64,000 bases of DNA, taken from the NCBI GenBank assembly GCA_048013815.1, contig CM106586.1, positions 16,740,001-16,804,000 of the forward strand, read 5' to 3'. Position numbers and translations under genes: made by a program. The stretch is from Setoptus koraiensis. Its lineage: Eukaryota > Animalia > Arthropoda. The notes beneath the pieces are model-generated. The model saw only the letters and a program-made list of their open reading frames with translations. It searched no databases and was not told the origin of the DNA. Below, one piece after another: positions 49,663-64,000 of the stretch; position 1 is the stretch's first letter, and every line of letters begins with the position of its first letter.

Positions 49663-52600
49663 GGGATACGCGGTGTCAGTGTGCAGCTACTGGCTGACAG
49701 CTAGTAGCTGAAGTGATGCGGTAACGGCGAGCAATGTTGCGCAACGTTGCCCGGCGAGAGCCGCATTGAACGACGCTAAATCGGTTGGGGTGCCAATTGC
49801 AAGTTGCAACTGTTTGCAGTCAGTCCCGTTTGTTTGGCTGCGGCATCGGTCTGGCCAACGAACGGGCCCGTCGGCTCATGAGCGAGCTTGCCGATGATGA
49901 ATGGCGATGCACAAATTACGCAAGCGAGTCTCTTACTCTCTCGTTGGTCGCACTTACTTTTGCTTGGCTTTGGCCCTTTGTGGCTCGCAATTTGTGTGAG
50001 CCACAAAGGGCAGACGAGGCTAGTTAGTTGAATACAGTTATGTAATTGATGAATTGCGCTCCGTTGCAGCGGATGGCAAAAATGGCAGCAGCTAAAATGG
50101 CCACTTAAGACACACAAACGAACGGATAAAAGTCAGTCAGTCAGTGAATACAAATATTCATCAGGCGCCGATAATCGCGCTAATTGTGCCTCTATCCGAA
50201 GTCTGTGCATGGATATGCGCGCATCTACATATCCATATCCATTATATTATCCATATCCATTATATTATCCGCATCCACACACAGACTGCGGTCCATAGAC
50301 AGATATAGACGTAGACATTGGCTGGGCATGAGATATGAGCCCGCTAATGGCCAATACACACTGCCAGTGGCCAATTCGTACCGCTAATGGCCTCGTTAAT
50401 ACACATCATACAATAATGACATGGGGTCGTCCGCCGGCAGCGGCCAGCTACGAGCGGCACTCGCAATCACCGCTGACCAATTGATTTCTGACCGACGATA
50501 TCCAACGGCATCCAGCAGCATCCCCTGATATCTAATAATAGCGCTATAACGGTATATAATGGTAGCAGCGAGCTCACCTTTGTTGTGATTGCCTTTGTGT
50601 GTTGACCCGACCGGCTCGACTTGTTGTGGCAACATTGTTTTGCGCCGTCCGCCGACAGGTGCCGCATCCACAAATGGGCGCAAAACAATGGGCAGCAACA
50701 AGCACGGGTACGCGAGCCACAGGTGAGCGCAAACTGGGCCACACATCTCACACTCTCGAAGGAGAGGGCACTCAGAACTTCTGCGTCACAAGTGCCCACT
50801 CCTTTGAATGCCGCGCCCGCTGTGGGCACCGCTGCCCGCGGTTGTTGGCCACGCAGCCCTGCCGGAGCCGCTCAACCCGGCCCGCCAGTGGTCGTGCCAG
50901 CTCGGCAAATTGGCCGGCCGCGGCCGGCCAATTTGCTCAAGTTGCTCCAGTTGCCCGAGTTGCCCGAGTCGCCCGAGTCGCCCGAGTCGCCGCTGCAGTT
51001 GCTAGTTGGCCCCAGTTAGGCCAACTGCGGTGGCAGTCACTTTGCTGCCGAAGTTACTGTGGCAGCGAGAGTGGATTAGCTGAGGGTGACAGGCGAGACG
51101 AGATGATTAAGTGGAAACTTGGAGCGCATTAGCGAGTGTGCCGCGCAGCCACCGAACGGATAATCGCCAAATTGAATTCCCGTTCCCGCTCTCGAACCGC
51201 CAAACCGCCGAACTGCCGAACCGCCGAACCGCCAAACTGCCGAACCGCCAAACTGCCGATCGCCAACTGCAACCGGCAACCGCGAGGCTGGCCGACGTAA
51301 CGGGTCGCGGGCGCTCATGCGGCGTGTCGCGGGACAGGCAGCGCGCACAAGACAAAGCCGCGGTAATCCGTCACTCTCCACGGCCGAATTGCCCTGGCGG
51401 CCGATTCCACTTGAGCCTGTTGCGCCAATCACGAAACAATGGCCGAAATTTGTCCAATCCGTTCTTGGCCGGCTTGGCGGCGTTGCCGTTGGCGGCTTCC
51501 TGTGCGCATTACACTGTCGTACACTGTATCTCGACCACTTTTGAATCGAGAGTTTTGATTGATAAAGCAGCCGTAATGACGAGCGATTTGCCCGCGACGG
51601 CCCGACCGACCGAACGGCCCGCGACGGCCGTGTACGAACTAACGGCCGTACCAAACGGCCGTCGCTTGGCGCTTCGGTCGGTCGGGCCGGCCGGACTGCG
51701 AGACAGAGACAGAGATGAAGGCAGCGATAGGACAAACAGCGGCACGACAAGCGCACAGATACGGACAGCGAGATTCAAATGTAGATAGAGGCACACAGGT
51801 GAGTGCATGCCGTGATTGAATGGGCATCGGAGTGGCGCCGAGCGACAAGTGCGCACACTGACAATTGCGACGGGCAAGCTCGCCAAGTAGCAGCGACTAC
51901 CGGCTCATACCGGTCGCCTGCCATAATAATAATATAATAACCATAATAATAAACAAATTGCAGTGATATCGCAACATATGCAAATGAGCGGCCACACTAC
52001 GTTGTTGCGTCACTGGCCCCTGCCGGCCAACAGGTAACGGCGGCAAGCCGGACGGCGTAACGGGCCAGATGTGACGGCCGATAACGGAACTGACTCACAA
52101 TATCTGATACTGATATTGTGATAACATAACAACAACATGTGACGCAATAACATGATGTGATATAATACTATCTGACATAATAATATCTGATGTAATAACA
52201 TGCGATATAATATCGTACCGGTACAGTGCATACATCAGATAACATGTGTGATGCAATAACCCGGTGGATGTGCCGCGCTTGAGCGCACAATCAACATGAC
52301 ACAATATTCATGAATATCAATCAATATCATCGCTGCGCTGATAAATATCGGCATGTCGTGCAAATTCACAAACAATGAGCCAACAGTATTCACAAACACA
52401 ATATGGCATCACAATGCACACTGGTCACTGTCCTCTCGCCAGCCGACGTAATGCGTCTGACGTATTACGTCACGTATCATACGTGTGCCAGTGTCATTGT
52501 GAATATTCATTGTTGGCTGGATATTCATTGTTGGCTGGATATTCATTGTTGGCTGAATATTCGTGCACATCGCGCGTCGCCATCATATTGCATGTGACAC

Positions 52601-55600
52601 ATGAATGATTCATATATCATAAATGAATTCATATATCGCATATGAATCATTCATACGTGAACGTGCTGCTTCAACAGTGTCCATCACAGCGGGTGCAATC
52701 GGTGTGACCCAATCGCGCCACATTCTTATATAACATTGCCATGTTGTGTGTTGGAATATATCGCAAAAATAATAATATCACTGATAATAGTGATAAATAT
52801 CAATGTGTGCCGCTCGATATTCGCGCGTGAATCCGGCCCCCGCGCCACTTGTTTGTCCGCCGACCAGTGGTCACTGACCAGTGGTCACCCGTGGCCGGCG
52901 GATTGGTCGCTTGTGCTGGAGTGGGCGCCCTACATATCGGCATCACGGTGCCAATTAGGGTGCTCGTCCGGACATGGCCAATCAATGTAATTATGATTGT
53001 TGTAATGATTATAATTATATTGCTCTATCGCTGGCAGAAATAGCCAGGCCGGCAAAGAACAGCCCGGCGCTTGTGCTGTGGCGCTCGCTTGCAACCAGCG
53101 GACTGGCATTCACAATTCAATTGAATCACGTCGATGGCATCAGCTGACAAGCTGTGACAAGCCAGCGTTTGTTGTCCCATGTCAACTGTCAACTGTCAAG
53201 CGTCGAGCGCCAATTGTCAATTAGCACAGGTAATTGGCAACAGAAGCCGTGTTGCGCTGGCAACTTTGGGCAACTTTGGGCAGCTTTAGGGCTACTCACT
53301 TAGGTCGACAGCGACCGCCGATCGACACTTGCTCTGGCCGGGTGATGTGGGCGCAATTATAACGGATTGTCTCAATCGTATCGCGTATGAATCGATTGGC
53401 GCTGCCGCCACTGTGACCGTTGCCAATGGCGGCTCGCGGGCCGGCCAACCGACGCCGGTCGCAGCGAGACGAGACTCGGGCGCTCGGGCCGCCTCTGACA
53501 GTCACAGTCTGACTGTCGGAGTCTGACAGCGCTCGCCGGTGAGCCGATAAGCTCTGACAGTCAGCTGGCGGCCTAATTAGAGCGGCCTGTTGATTGGCAA
53601 CGGAGCCGGCTGACGCAGCCGACCGACGCAGCCGATGCAAAGCAGTCAATGTCGGCTTGTTATCGGCTGGCTGTCATTTGTCAGATGTCAGGTGAGAGTG
53701 ATGAAATTAGAGTTGGCGCCAACGCCAATGCTAATCTATCGTGTGTGTGTGTAATTGATTGTCTGGCTGGCTGCTCGGCATGTAATTATGTCTCGAATGT
53801 GATGAATTGAAACGTTTGCGCAAACGAGTCGCGACTCGCGAAAGGCCAGCGAGATTTTGCGAGCTTTTGCGAGCTTTGCGAGCTTTGCGAGCTTTGCGAG
53901 CTTTGGGTGGCGAGATCGCAAGCGATCGATCGCTTGCGAGCGCTCGAAATCGCCCGCTCTCAACCAGCCAGCCAACCGAATATTGAGATAGGCCGAGATT
54001 GAGATAGGTGGCGCCGCGCCGGTTGGCCATGGGTGCCGAGCGGATGACGGCGGTTTGTTGTTGCTGATAGCTGTCGTTGCTAATTGGCGCTTGCCGTTTC
54101 GCGCTCTGTCTGTGGCCGCTCGGCTAGCCGTGTAGCTGTGCAGCGATCGATGTTGCGATCTTGGCAAAAGCGATCAGCGCCACCAGCGACAACAACCACA
54201 CCGACAACAGCGATCAGCTGGTGGCGCTGATCGCTCTTGCCAAGATCGGCGGCGGCGCTGGCTGTAATGGCGATAATAACGACACAATAATTTGTTCCAA
54301 TTATTATCTACTAACAAGAGATTAGCAGATAGGCTCCGATAGATCATGGCACGATTTATCAGAGCTTAGGATCTGGACGACCACACAATTGGGCTCGCGC
54401 AAGGTCGCCCGTCGTCTATGTCGCCAAGCGCCATCGACCGCCGGCAGCCAACAACCAGCCAACAACCATTAGCCAACCGGCAGCCAACAACCAATCGACT
54501 GTGATCGGTGGGCCGGTGGCCGACCGGTCGGCAGTTCGCTCGGCGGCCGCCAGTGGCCGCCAGCGACCGTCGCCGCACTCACCTGTCGAGCACGGGTGAC
54601 ACCGGGGGCTGCCTTTCGCCCGTCTCCGCACCGCCAGCGCGCCACTGGACACTCGGGCGGCCCGCCTGCGCACCGGACGCTCGAGCGTCCGGTGCGGCTT
54701 GCGGTGTGGCGGGCTCGCCGACGGTGTCGCTTCTGGCCAAATATTGACACTGACCGCCTGATTGTCAGCCGACTCGCTTATCCGGCTGCCATCTCGCTGC
54801 CTGCCGACAGGGCCGAGTGTCAACAGGCCGGCATGTCAACAGGGCCGCATGTTAATGCGGCCGTATGTTAATGTGGCCGTATGTTAATATGGCCGTATGT
54901 TAATATCGCGTTGGCTCGGACGATCGGACATTTGGCGAGTCGTCGTCGCTGTCGTCGCTGTTGTCGCTGTCACTGTTGTCGCTGTTGTCGCTGTCACTGT
55001 CGTCGTCGTTGTCGCTGCCGTCGGTTTGTTTGTTCGTGCTCGATGGCGCCGATATTTCGCTCGCAGCCAGCCGGTGAACAGAGCGGCGACGCAACCAGAC
55101 AGGTAAACATGACAAGATAATTGTGTGTGCCTTTGTAATGGCGGCCGCGCTGTTCAACAATCGGCCGCCATTCAACGAGCGGCGCTGCTCAACAGTCGCC
55201 GATTATTGAATAGCGGCCGGCCGGCCGACCGGCCCAGTGCGATATGTCAGAGAGATGTCAGAGAGATGTCAGAGAGATGTCAGATGATGCCAGATGATGC
55301 AATGTGTGCGCTTGTCGGTGTCGCCGGGCCGGCCGCCAGTTCAATTTACAATTTGTGTTAGTTTTGTAGTTTGTTAGTCAGCTCACAACGGCAGCGCCGA
55401 TGGGCGTCGGGCCGCATCAGTGGCGCCACTGTCGCCACCGGGTACCGGGCATCAGCTGGTCGGGCAAGCACCGGCGGTGTCGCTCGCAAATTGTGCACAG
55501 GGCTCACAATGGCGATATGGTATTCGGCTGATCAGCTGATTGTGAGCACGCCAATCTCACAAATTGTGAGCCACAAATTGTGACTCTCAGATTGTGACTC

Positions 55601-58333
55601 ACAATTGCGCAACAAGTGACAAAGAATAATAATAATAAAGTATAAAATGGCCAAATATTGAATTAGTCACAATCGCGCCAGCTGACAGCTCTGACAGCGG
55701 GCCGGCTGCTGTTGCGCAACAAGTGCACACACACACACACACACACACACACAACTTGCACCGGCCGACCAGTCGGTGCGCAAGTTGCGCAACTCGCAAA
55801 TTCACAGTAGTCACTCACTTCTGGCCAGAAGTGAACCTCTTGCGCAAGCTCGCCTGCCCGTAACTCGCCTGTAGCTCGCCTGCCCGTAACTCACCTGTTG
55901 CTCACCTGTGCTCACCTGTAAGTTACAGGCTGTAACACAGGCGAGGTGTGTTGTTGGTTTGTCGCGCAAGTGTCTGTTGTGGCTGTTGCGAGCAACTTTG
56001 TGCAACTACTCTGCTCAACAGAGCTGTCACAAACTGCTGCTGACTTGTTGCCGCCGCTCGCCGGCCGAGGATGCGCTCAAAAATGAGAAGAAAAAATAAT
56101 AATAAATCGACGCGACGTGTGTGTGTGTGTGTCTGGCCACTGTTCAACAGTGACTGTTGTGACTCACAACACTTGTGAGCAAACAGCGAGTTGCGCAATT
56201 GCGCAATTGAATTGCGAGCCGGCCCGAGCGAGCTCGAATGGAGTTGCGGTCGCCAGAGGCTCTTGTGTGGCGTTAATGGGCCGTTTGCTCGCAAGGAACG
56301 CCAGCCATTGTTGCCGCTGTCGTTGTTGCTGCTGTCGTCGTTGTTGTCGTTGTTGTCGTTGTTGTCGTTGTTGTCGTTGTTGTCGTTGGTGGCGTTGTTG
56401 TCGTTGTTGTCGTTGTTGTCGTTGGTGGCGTTGTTGTCGTTGTTGTCGCTGTTGTCGCTGTTGTCGCTGTTGTTGGTGGCGATGTTGTGGCATTCGCGAA
56501 AGAGAGCGCGGCGCGAAGAGCGCACGCCGACGCTCGAATCGCTGGAATTTCGCAATTCGCTCGAATTGTTGGCTTCTCGAACTGGGCCGCTTCTTTCAAG
56601 GCTGCCTGTGCCCGTCTCAAGTGCATTGCGCAACAGCGACACCGACGACGCCAGCGCCGCCAGCAGCGGCAACGCAACAGCAGCACAACAACAACAACAA
56701 CGACAGCAACAGCAGCACAACAACAACAACGACAGCAGCAGCACCAACAACAACAACGACAGCAGCAGCAGCAACAACAACAACAACGACAACAGCAACA
56801 ACAACAAAAACGACAGCAGCAACAACGACAGCAGCAACAACAACAACGCACAATTAACTTGTGTGTCGCTGCTGCTAGATACACAAACGCCACCAGCGAG
56901 ACAATTGGCGTCGAGTGGCGACGCTTCTTCTTTTTTGTCCGACGGCCAGCGTCTCTCACAAGTCACCTGTGAGTGAGTCGCTGGCGCTCAGTTGGCAATT
57001 GGCAGCGCTCGCTGAGCCGGTTCCGCCGTCGTGTGCGAACGCCATTCAATTGGCCCGATCCAATTGTGCAACCGGCTCTGTCATGCCCAACGTGAGAGAG
57101 ATACACTGTGTGATACACTTGTGCCAATTGTGTCCACCGAATTGGCACCGATCGCTTGCGATCGTCGCTCACCGGCTCACTGTCATTGCGGCGGCCGCAC
57201 AACGATTTGTGTGCGGCGCCAGCCAGCCGGCCGCTTCCGGTCTGGTCGGTGTTACGCAACGGCAACAGCAGCAACAACAGCAGCAACAACAACAACAACA
57301 GCAGCAACAACAACTGGCGAGCATCATCAGGCGGCCGCTAATGGCGCTGATGCAAGCGCTTGCATCAGCGCCATTAGCAGGCTCGGTGCCTTACCGGCTG
57401 CGGGTCGTGATTTGCGATCATGCGTCATGCCGCTCAGCTGATCGGCTCATGGCCGGCTGATGGGCTCACGACCAGCTGATCGGCGTCAGTGGCGATCCGT
57501 CATGGGCGAGCCCTTCTCTTGTGCTGTCACTGTCGCTACTGTCACAACTGTCACAACTGTCACAGCTCACAGCAACAGGTGCCGGCATGCACGCCACGGC
57601 TGTCGGCTGCGCAGCATCACCGACTGCGCCGACGCACCGTCGGCGACAGGGGCCAACAACAACAAACAATAACAGACCGTTGTTGCAATGGCGCGCCAAT
57701 TGTATGATAATTGTGGGCCACTTGTCAGCGATCAGCTGACCAGCTGACCAGCTGACCAGCGCCATTGTGTGCCACTTGTCAACGATCAGCTGACCGGCTG
57801 GTCAGCTGATCGTGCTTGTGAGCAGTGATGACCAGCCGAGCTGATTGTGGGCCAGCCAGCCAGCCCGCCAGGGCCAGCGGCGCAAATGAGGACTGACGCA
57901 ATCTTGTCACTGTCATGGCCGTTGCAGCTCGACACGCTCCATCGGATCGGATCGATTCGGCTGTCAGTGGCCGGCGAGATAGCGCTGGCAAGCGAGCCAC
58001 TTGTTGTGTGCGACATGCTGGCCGCTGCCAAAATCGCTTGACAATCTCGGCAGCGGCGCACTGGCCAGCCACTGGCACCATTACGGCCACTGTCACACTG
58101 GCCAAGCGTTTGTGTTACTTTCTTGCCTTTGCGTTGTCGTCTTGCCAGCTTGTTGTCCATTATGGACGCTTCGACGCCTCGTCGTAATGGTCTGACACGG
58201 CAGCAACAACAACAGCAACAACAACGGCGGCAACTAGGCGCCAATTGGGACGCTACCGTGGCATGAGCGCACCGCTGCGATCGGCCGGCGCGAACGCTTT
58301 TCACGCAACCATTCTCTCGGTAATCCTCTCGAC

Positions 58334-58550
58334 GGCTTCTTCTCTGGCTTCTCTGGCTTCTTCGGCTTCTTCGGCTTCTTCGGCTTCTTCGGCTTCTTCG
58401 GCTTCTTCGGCTTCTTCGGCTTCTTCGGCTTCTTCGGCTTCTTCGGCTTCTTCGGCTTCTTCGGCTTCTTCGGCTTCTTCGGCTTCTTCGGCTTCTCTGG
58501 CTTCTTCGGCTCCTTCGGCTTCTTCGGCGGCTTCTTCGGTGGCTTCTCTG
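58334..58550 (+). repeat. 9-bp tandem repeat (GGCTTCTTC), ~20 copies
   Basis: Directly visible; gives the KPK/SAS/RRS repeat ORFs in the track. Confidence 0.95.
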
Positions 58551-60224
58551 GCCGGTGCAGTCGCTCGGCCCGATTCGGCCAGTTGCTCGCCGAGCGGCCG
58601 ACAGCCGAAAACAGGCTACACGGCGCGCAAAGAATGCGCCAAGACTGCGAACGCCAGTCAACTCTTTTTCTCGCCACTGGCCACTTGTTGCCTCGTTGCC
58701 TCGTTTCTCGTCTGGCGCCACAATGGCCAGCATCTAGTCACTGGAGCGCGGCTTGCGCCGGCTAACGGACCGCTGTTAGCCCGCGAACACAATCCACAAT
58801 GGAGGTGACACACTACTCACCTGTCGTGGCCGCTGTTGTTGCTGTTGTTGCCGTTGTTGCCGTTGTTGCTGTTGTTGCCGATGTTGCCGTCGTTGCTGGC
58901 GCTGCCGCCGTTGTGTCGGGCACGGTCATTGTCGTGCCACAGTTTGAGTGATTGGCGGCGTTGTGTTCGTTTCGTCGCGCTTCGCTTCGATGGCCCGATG
59001 AACTTGATTGCAGCCCGTCCTGCGCAGCCCCCAATATTGCGGCCACTTCTCCGGCCGCCTGTGCCGCTCTCAGCGGGCCGGCAAGGGCGCGCACAGCGAC
59101 CCACAAGCCGGCGAGACTCGCAAGCTGGCGAGACGCTCGAAGGGCGAACAAAGGGCAGTGGGCACTCGGCTTCGAACGGCGAGGCGAGCCGCGAACAGTG
59201 AGACGAGCTTCGAATCGAGAATCGAGGGCCGCGAATCGAGAGCCGACAAGCGACAAGTGAAAAGCCGACCGAAACAGTTGGACACATCATAAAAAAGTGA
59301 GTCACACTCGCGCCGTTCATTAGCGTTGCGAGACAAACGAGTGGCGCCGCTCAATTCGATTAGCGCAACTGTTGCGCAACAAGTGCCGTCGCTCGACGCC
59401 GGCCGCCCACACCGGCGCTGTGCAAACGCTCGAGTCGCGCTCTTCGAACCCGCCGAGCCGCTCGAACGTCCCAAATATCGCTCAACTCAATTTGCCTTCG
59501 GACGCCGCCAGCCCTCTGAGCCAGCTATCGAAGCGCTCGAGTCGAGCGGCCCAAGCAATGTCAGCGGGCGCGTTTCCGGTGCTGGCCACTCTCGTTTGGC
59601 GGCCACAATGGCCGCTGCTCCGACTGGCAACAACAAACAGGCCAGCGGCTACCCAATGAGCCCACGCTCCAGTCTCGCCTGCCCTCCAAAGCTGCCAATT
59701 GCGCACTCTGAATTTCGATTGTCCGCGCTCCGAATTTCGATTGTCCGCGCTCCGAATTTCGAATTTCAAAATTCGAACGCCCGGACTGGCGGTTTCGATT
59801 GTCCGTTGTCCGTTCGGCGCCCGGCCAACAGTGTCCAAATAGCGACAACGATGCCACCGCTCAACATGTCCGATCATCGTGATTCAATTGCGATGCCCAG
59901 TACCATTGTGCATCGCAATTGAACGGCCATGATTGTGCCAACGCTGTCCCTTGTTCGCCCTTTATCTTGCTGCCGCGCAAGGTGCGACCTGTGCGCAACT
60001 TGCATCAGTGTGCGGCCCGCTGCCGCTGTGCCGCTCGCCCGGTGCGCACACACCGATTGGGCGTTTATTGACACAAGTGAGTTTTTATAATGATTGTCAG
60101 CAGTTGGACATTGTTCGGCCGAACCGAGGCTCCATTCGACAGGTTGCACAGCGCGCAGTGCTCTGAGCGCAGTGCGCTAGTTGGGGCGCAGCACACCACG
60201 CGGTGCGCGGCACAGGTGAGGAGT

Positions 60225-60312
60225 GAGCGCCGGTCAGTGAGAAGCGAGCGCCGGTCAGTGAGAAGCGAGCGCCGGTCAGTGAGAAGCGAGCGCCGGTCAG
60301 TGGGAAGTGAGC
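60225..60312 (+). repeat. 21-bp tandem repeat (GAGCGCCGGTCAGTGAGAAGC), ~4 copies
   Basis: Directly visible. Confidence 0.9.
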
Positions 60313-61709
60313 GGCGATCAGCGAGAATTAAGCGTTGGCGAGTGCGAACAAGACAGGTGAGTTCGAGTGGCCAAGATTGGGCTCAATTGAGCGATCAAGC
60401 ACGCACACTGCGTTCACTGTGTGCGCCTTTGTCTGCTGACCGGAAGTGGATCAAGCGGCGCACAAAGGCGCAAGCGGCTGTGCTGTAACTGGCGACTTGT
60501 AACTTGCAACTTGTGGGCCGGCTCATCGGTGCGATGTTGTTGGTCACTATGGCAACCATGATGATACACGCCAGGTATGCCACTGCAAACAACGAGCCGA
60601 GCAAGCAAATTGCGAGCAACCAAATTGTGCGTGTGTGCTCAATGGCGGATTCGGTTGCATGGGAGCATAGAGGGCGCAATTGGCGAACAGGCAATGAGCT
60701 GGCCCGCGAACACAATCAGCGAATAGAAGCCCGGCTGACAAGAGATGAATCGAAACGGAACAGATCAAAAAGCGGTCGGCAATTGCGTGCCGGCGTCATT
60801 AGCCGCTCGCATTCCTATGGCCTGTGTGCGGCACGACACGGCATACGGCATGCATACAATGGCGGCCAGATATCGCAACAAGTGCCGTCGTAATGGATCT
60901 ACGTTGTTGCGCCATTGTGCCCGCTTGCGAATCGTCGGCAGTGATTCGTCGGCAGTGATTCGCCGGCAGTGATTCGCCGGCAGTGATTCGTTTATGGCGG
61001 TTCGCTTGCATTGGTTCGCGGGCATTGGTTCGCGAGCAGCGGTTCGCGGGCAGCGGTTCGCCGGCGGTGATTGTGCAAGGCGCCGCCAGAAGGACGGCCC
61101 AGCGCCGGCACACAATGGCCGCCATCGAGTGCGCTCGCAAGCGGCGCGAGACGCTGCCACAGGTTGCGAGCCACCGACGCTTCGAACTGCTTGCTGCGTT
61201 CGAATCGATGCGCGCTTCGAACCGATGCGCCCGTTCGAAGCGAGCCGGCCGTTCGAAGCGAACGCTCGATTCGAGCCGGCATGCCGAAGCGGCCGCACTG
61301 GCCGCACTTGTCGGCCTGGCCGAACTGGAGTTTGGCCACTACGCGCCCGCTACTCGGGCCCATTGTTGCATGTTGTGCGTCGTTGTGACGAGCGCCGTCC
61401 AAAATGCAACAGGCCGGCAATTGTGCCTTGCCGGCGTGCTCTGCAAACAGCAACAAGTGGCCAATCAATCAGCGACCACACGTGAGCTCATTATCGGCCC
61501 ATTGCTCGAGTGTTGCATTCTGCCGCTCGCCGCTCGCAGCAACAACCGACCGGCAACAACCGACAGGCAACAACCGACCGGCAACAACCGACAGGTAACA
61601 GGTAACGGGCGACGGGCGGCTCCCGTTTGCGCAACCGTATGTTTATGTTGTGTTTTCTTTTGTCCGAATTCTTTTTCTCTTCCTCTCTCTCCGCCAGGCT
61701 TCGGCCCCC

Positions 61710-61805
61710 TCTGCGTCGTTTGCATCCTCTGCGTCGTTTGCATTCTCTGCATCGTTTGCATCCTCTGCGTCGTTTGCATCCTCTGCGTCGTTTGCATCCT
61801 CTGCC
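61710..61805 (+). repeat. 18-bp tandem repeat (CTCTGCGTCGTTTGCATC), ~5 copies
   Basis: Directly visible. Confidence 0.9.
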
Positions 61806-64000
61806 CCCCTGTCTCCTCTGCATCTTGCACCGCAGCCGCTCGCTGTCCGGCACCGGCCCAACAAACGTTCTCGAGACGGGCCCATCTCGAGAATCTCGCC
61901 TTGAGCCTCGTCGGCCGACCAATGCGACAATTGCATTGCGATAATTTGCCGGTTTTTGCTTATCGCAGATACTCTCATATTCACACATGGATCGGATTCA
62001 TATATTATATATTTATGATATTTATATTTATCGGTTATTTTATATGTGTCGGTGTGTGGATATTTATTTATACTGGCACACGGACACTTGTATTATACAA
62101 GTTGCAAAGATTTGCATATGGATAGCACATGGCCAGCGGGCGCACTTGTGCAACGTCGGCCAGCACGCGATACAAGCCAAGTTTTGTAATAACGCGCTAT
62201 AATAACTGACACAACAACGGGCCTTGGCCGCAGCTTATGCAAATGGGCTCATTTAATATTTAGTGGCTAATATTTGGCATTTCAATATTCACAAGTGTCA
62301 GTGCTCATTATTACGTGCCCGTTTCGATTTCGTTTAGATTGATGTGCGCGCCGAGAGTCGACTGTCGCTGCCGTTATGCGTTTGAGCCGTTGCTGTTGTG
62401 GTTGTTGTGGTTGTTGCTGTTGCTGTTGCTGTTGTTGTGGTTGTTGTTGTTGTTGTTGCTGTTGTTGTTGGTGGTGTCGCTGTTGATGGCGCTGTTATGT
62501 GTTGTCTGTCTGCGTAGTGATTGTTATAGTGGCGGTTGTTGGTGTGGTTGCCGTTGGTGTCGCTGCCGTTGGTGACGCTGCGAGCTGTAAAGGTCGCAGA
62601 GGAGGAGGCCGCTCTGAGAGAATTGCCCGGCTAGTCGTGCATTGCGTGTAGGCCGACGTTCTGGCAGCAGAAATTGCCGGCCACAACGTCGGCCAACAAC
62701 GTCGGGCCAAAAGAGTTAGGGCGCCCTGGCAAAGCCATAACGGCGTCGTAATGGCTGGCATGCACTGGCCAGCCACTTGTTGCATTCGATGGTGGCGACG
62801 ACAATGAAAACCAACAGCAGCCAACAACAACAACAGCAGCCAACGACAGCCAACGACAGCCAACGACAACAAACAATCGGTGGCCATCCGATGGCAGGCA
62901 CTGCTCAGCTGACGGCCGACACAACAGAAGCGCATTCGAAATAGCTGCCAAGACACCTGTATAATTGAATGAGCCAGCGCACCTGTGGAAGCCCGATGAA
63001 AGGTTAACTGTAATTCAGTTTTGTGCACGCGATAAGCCGCACAAGAGTGCCTCTTGTCAATCGCGCTTGTCGTTGTCGGTTGTGGCTGCTGTTGTTGTCG
63101 CTTGTCGTTGTCGGTTGTCGTTGTCGGTTGTTGCTGTCGGTTGTTGTTGTCGCTTGTCGTGGTTGCTGCTGTCGGTTGTCGTGGCTGCTGTTGGCGGTTG
63201 CAGCCAGTTGCAGTGTGACGCCGATAGTGCACCGTTGCAAAATGGTGAATAATAAATGGTGAATAAATGCGTTTAGCATGCAGCCGAACCGTAATGAAAT
63301 GGTAAATAATGCAGCCGAGACACAGAGCGAGCGAGCGAGCGGAGGCCCAACGAGCGCTTGTCTATTATCTCCGATGTGCGCTTGTCGTTGTCGTTGTCGT
63401 TGTTGTTGTCGTTGCTGTTGTTGCTGCTGTTGTTGTTGCCGGTGTTGCCGGTGTTGTCGTTGTTGCTGTTGTTGCCGTTGTTGCCGTTGTGCTCACCACT
63501 GCGACGGAGCTCAGTTGCCACAAGCACCGTCTACCTGGCCGCTGCCAATGCTGTCGCCTGTCAGTGCCAGCGCTATCCACGACGAGCTAACCCGTTGCCG
63601 CTGTTGGCTGCACGACAGCGACGCCAACAACGACGCCAACAACAACAACGACAGCAACAACAACGACAGCAACAACAACGGCGACGCCAACAGCGACTCA
63701 ACTGGCGCTCAATTACAAGCGACAGACTCGAACAGTTGGCAACAACCTTGAATTTCGTCGAGTTTCGTGCGCTGAAAGGAACGCAAACGCAACTCGCAAG
63801 CGCAATTGCAAAGTGAAGGAAAAGAGCGAGCGGAAAAAAACTAAAAATGGATGGTGGGCAAAACGAGCTGACAACGTCGAACAAAGGCCGCGCTGAACAA
63901 CAACAGCAACAGCAACAACAACGACAGCAGCAGCAGCAGCAACACCGACAACAACAACAGCAACAACAACAATGGCTGCAACGGATGAGTTTAAACAACG

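Noticed and set aside
49973-50011. 14-bp perfect stem GCCCTTTGTGGCTC / GAGCCACAAAGGGC
   Set aside because: Too short for a pre-miRNA, and small palindromes are frequent in this compartment.
58234-58733. KPK-, RRS- and SAS-repeat ORFs resembling histone H1 or protamine-like proteins
   Set aside because: All are readings of one 9-bp tandem repeat; no independent coding support.
58779-60717. Identical 16-mer GCCCGCGAACACAATC at 58779-58794 and 60702-60717
   Set aside because: Isolated match with unrelated flanks; no element structure between the copies.
60504-60893. ORF with a signal-peptide-like hydrophobic start
   Set aside because: TTG-initiated, short, in repeat-rich DNA, and the remainder has no recognisable features.
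61550-61904. Strong pyrimidine tract and CAG at ~61697 suggesting a + strand exon
   Set aside because: The downstream sequence is an 18-bp tandem repeat with no clear frame or donor.

Overview
Eukaryotic (arthropod, probably mite-like; taxon is an inference) genomic DNA with GT-AG introns, in three blocks. (1) 1-24.3 kb: 3' part of a myosin XV/Myo10A-like gene on +, whose exons can be chained in phase to a C-terminal MyTH4-FERM tail. Its largest intron contains a 5,699-nt stretch (13482-19180) in which I find no AG dinucleotide on the + strand. That stretch carries a 1,701-codon ORF running in frame into the next exon, and a branch-point-like motif plus pyrimidine tract sit at its 5' edge. 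This is the most unusual feature of the window. (2) 24.6-45.5 kb: compact, AT-rich, intron-poor gene cluster: two orphan secreted proteins, ABHD12-like lipase, YEATS4/GAS41, EXOSC1/CSL4, JMJD5/KDM8, coronin and a secreted C2-domain protein. It shows a tandem duplication followed by reciprocal loss: YEATS4+EXOSC1 kept twice, coronin and the C2 gene each left as one intact copy plus one remnant. (3) 46-64 kb: GC/CpG-rich, micro- and minisatellite-laden, intron-like DNA with splice-like signals but no protein I can recognise. No rRNA, tRNA, CRISPR array or autonomous transposon was recognised. All counts and alignments were done by eye.
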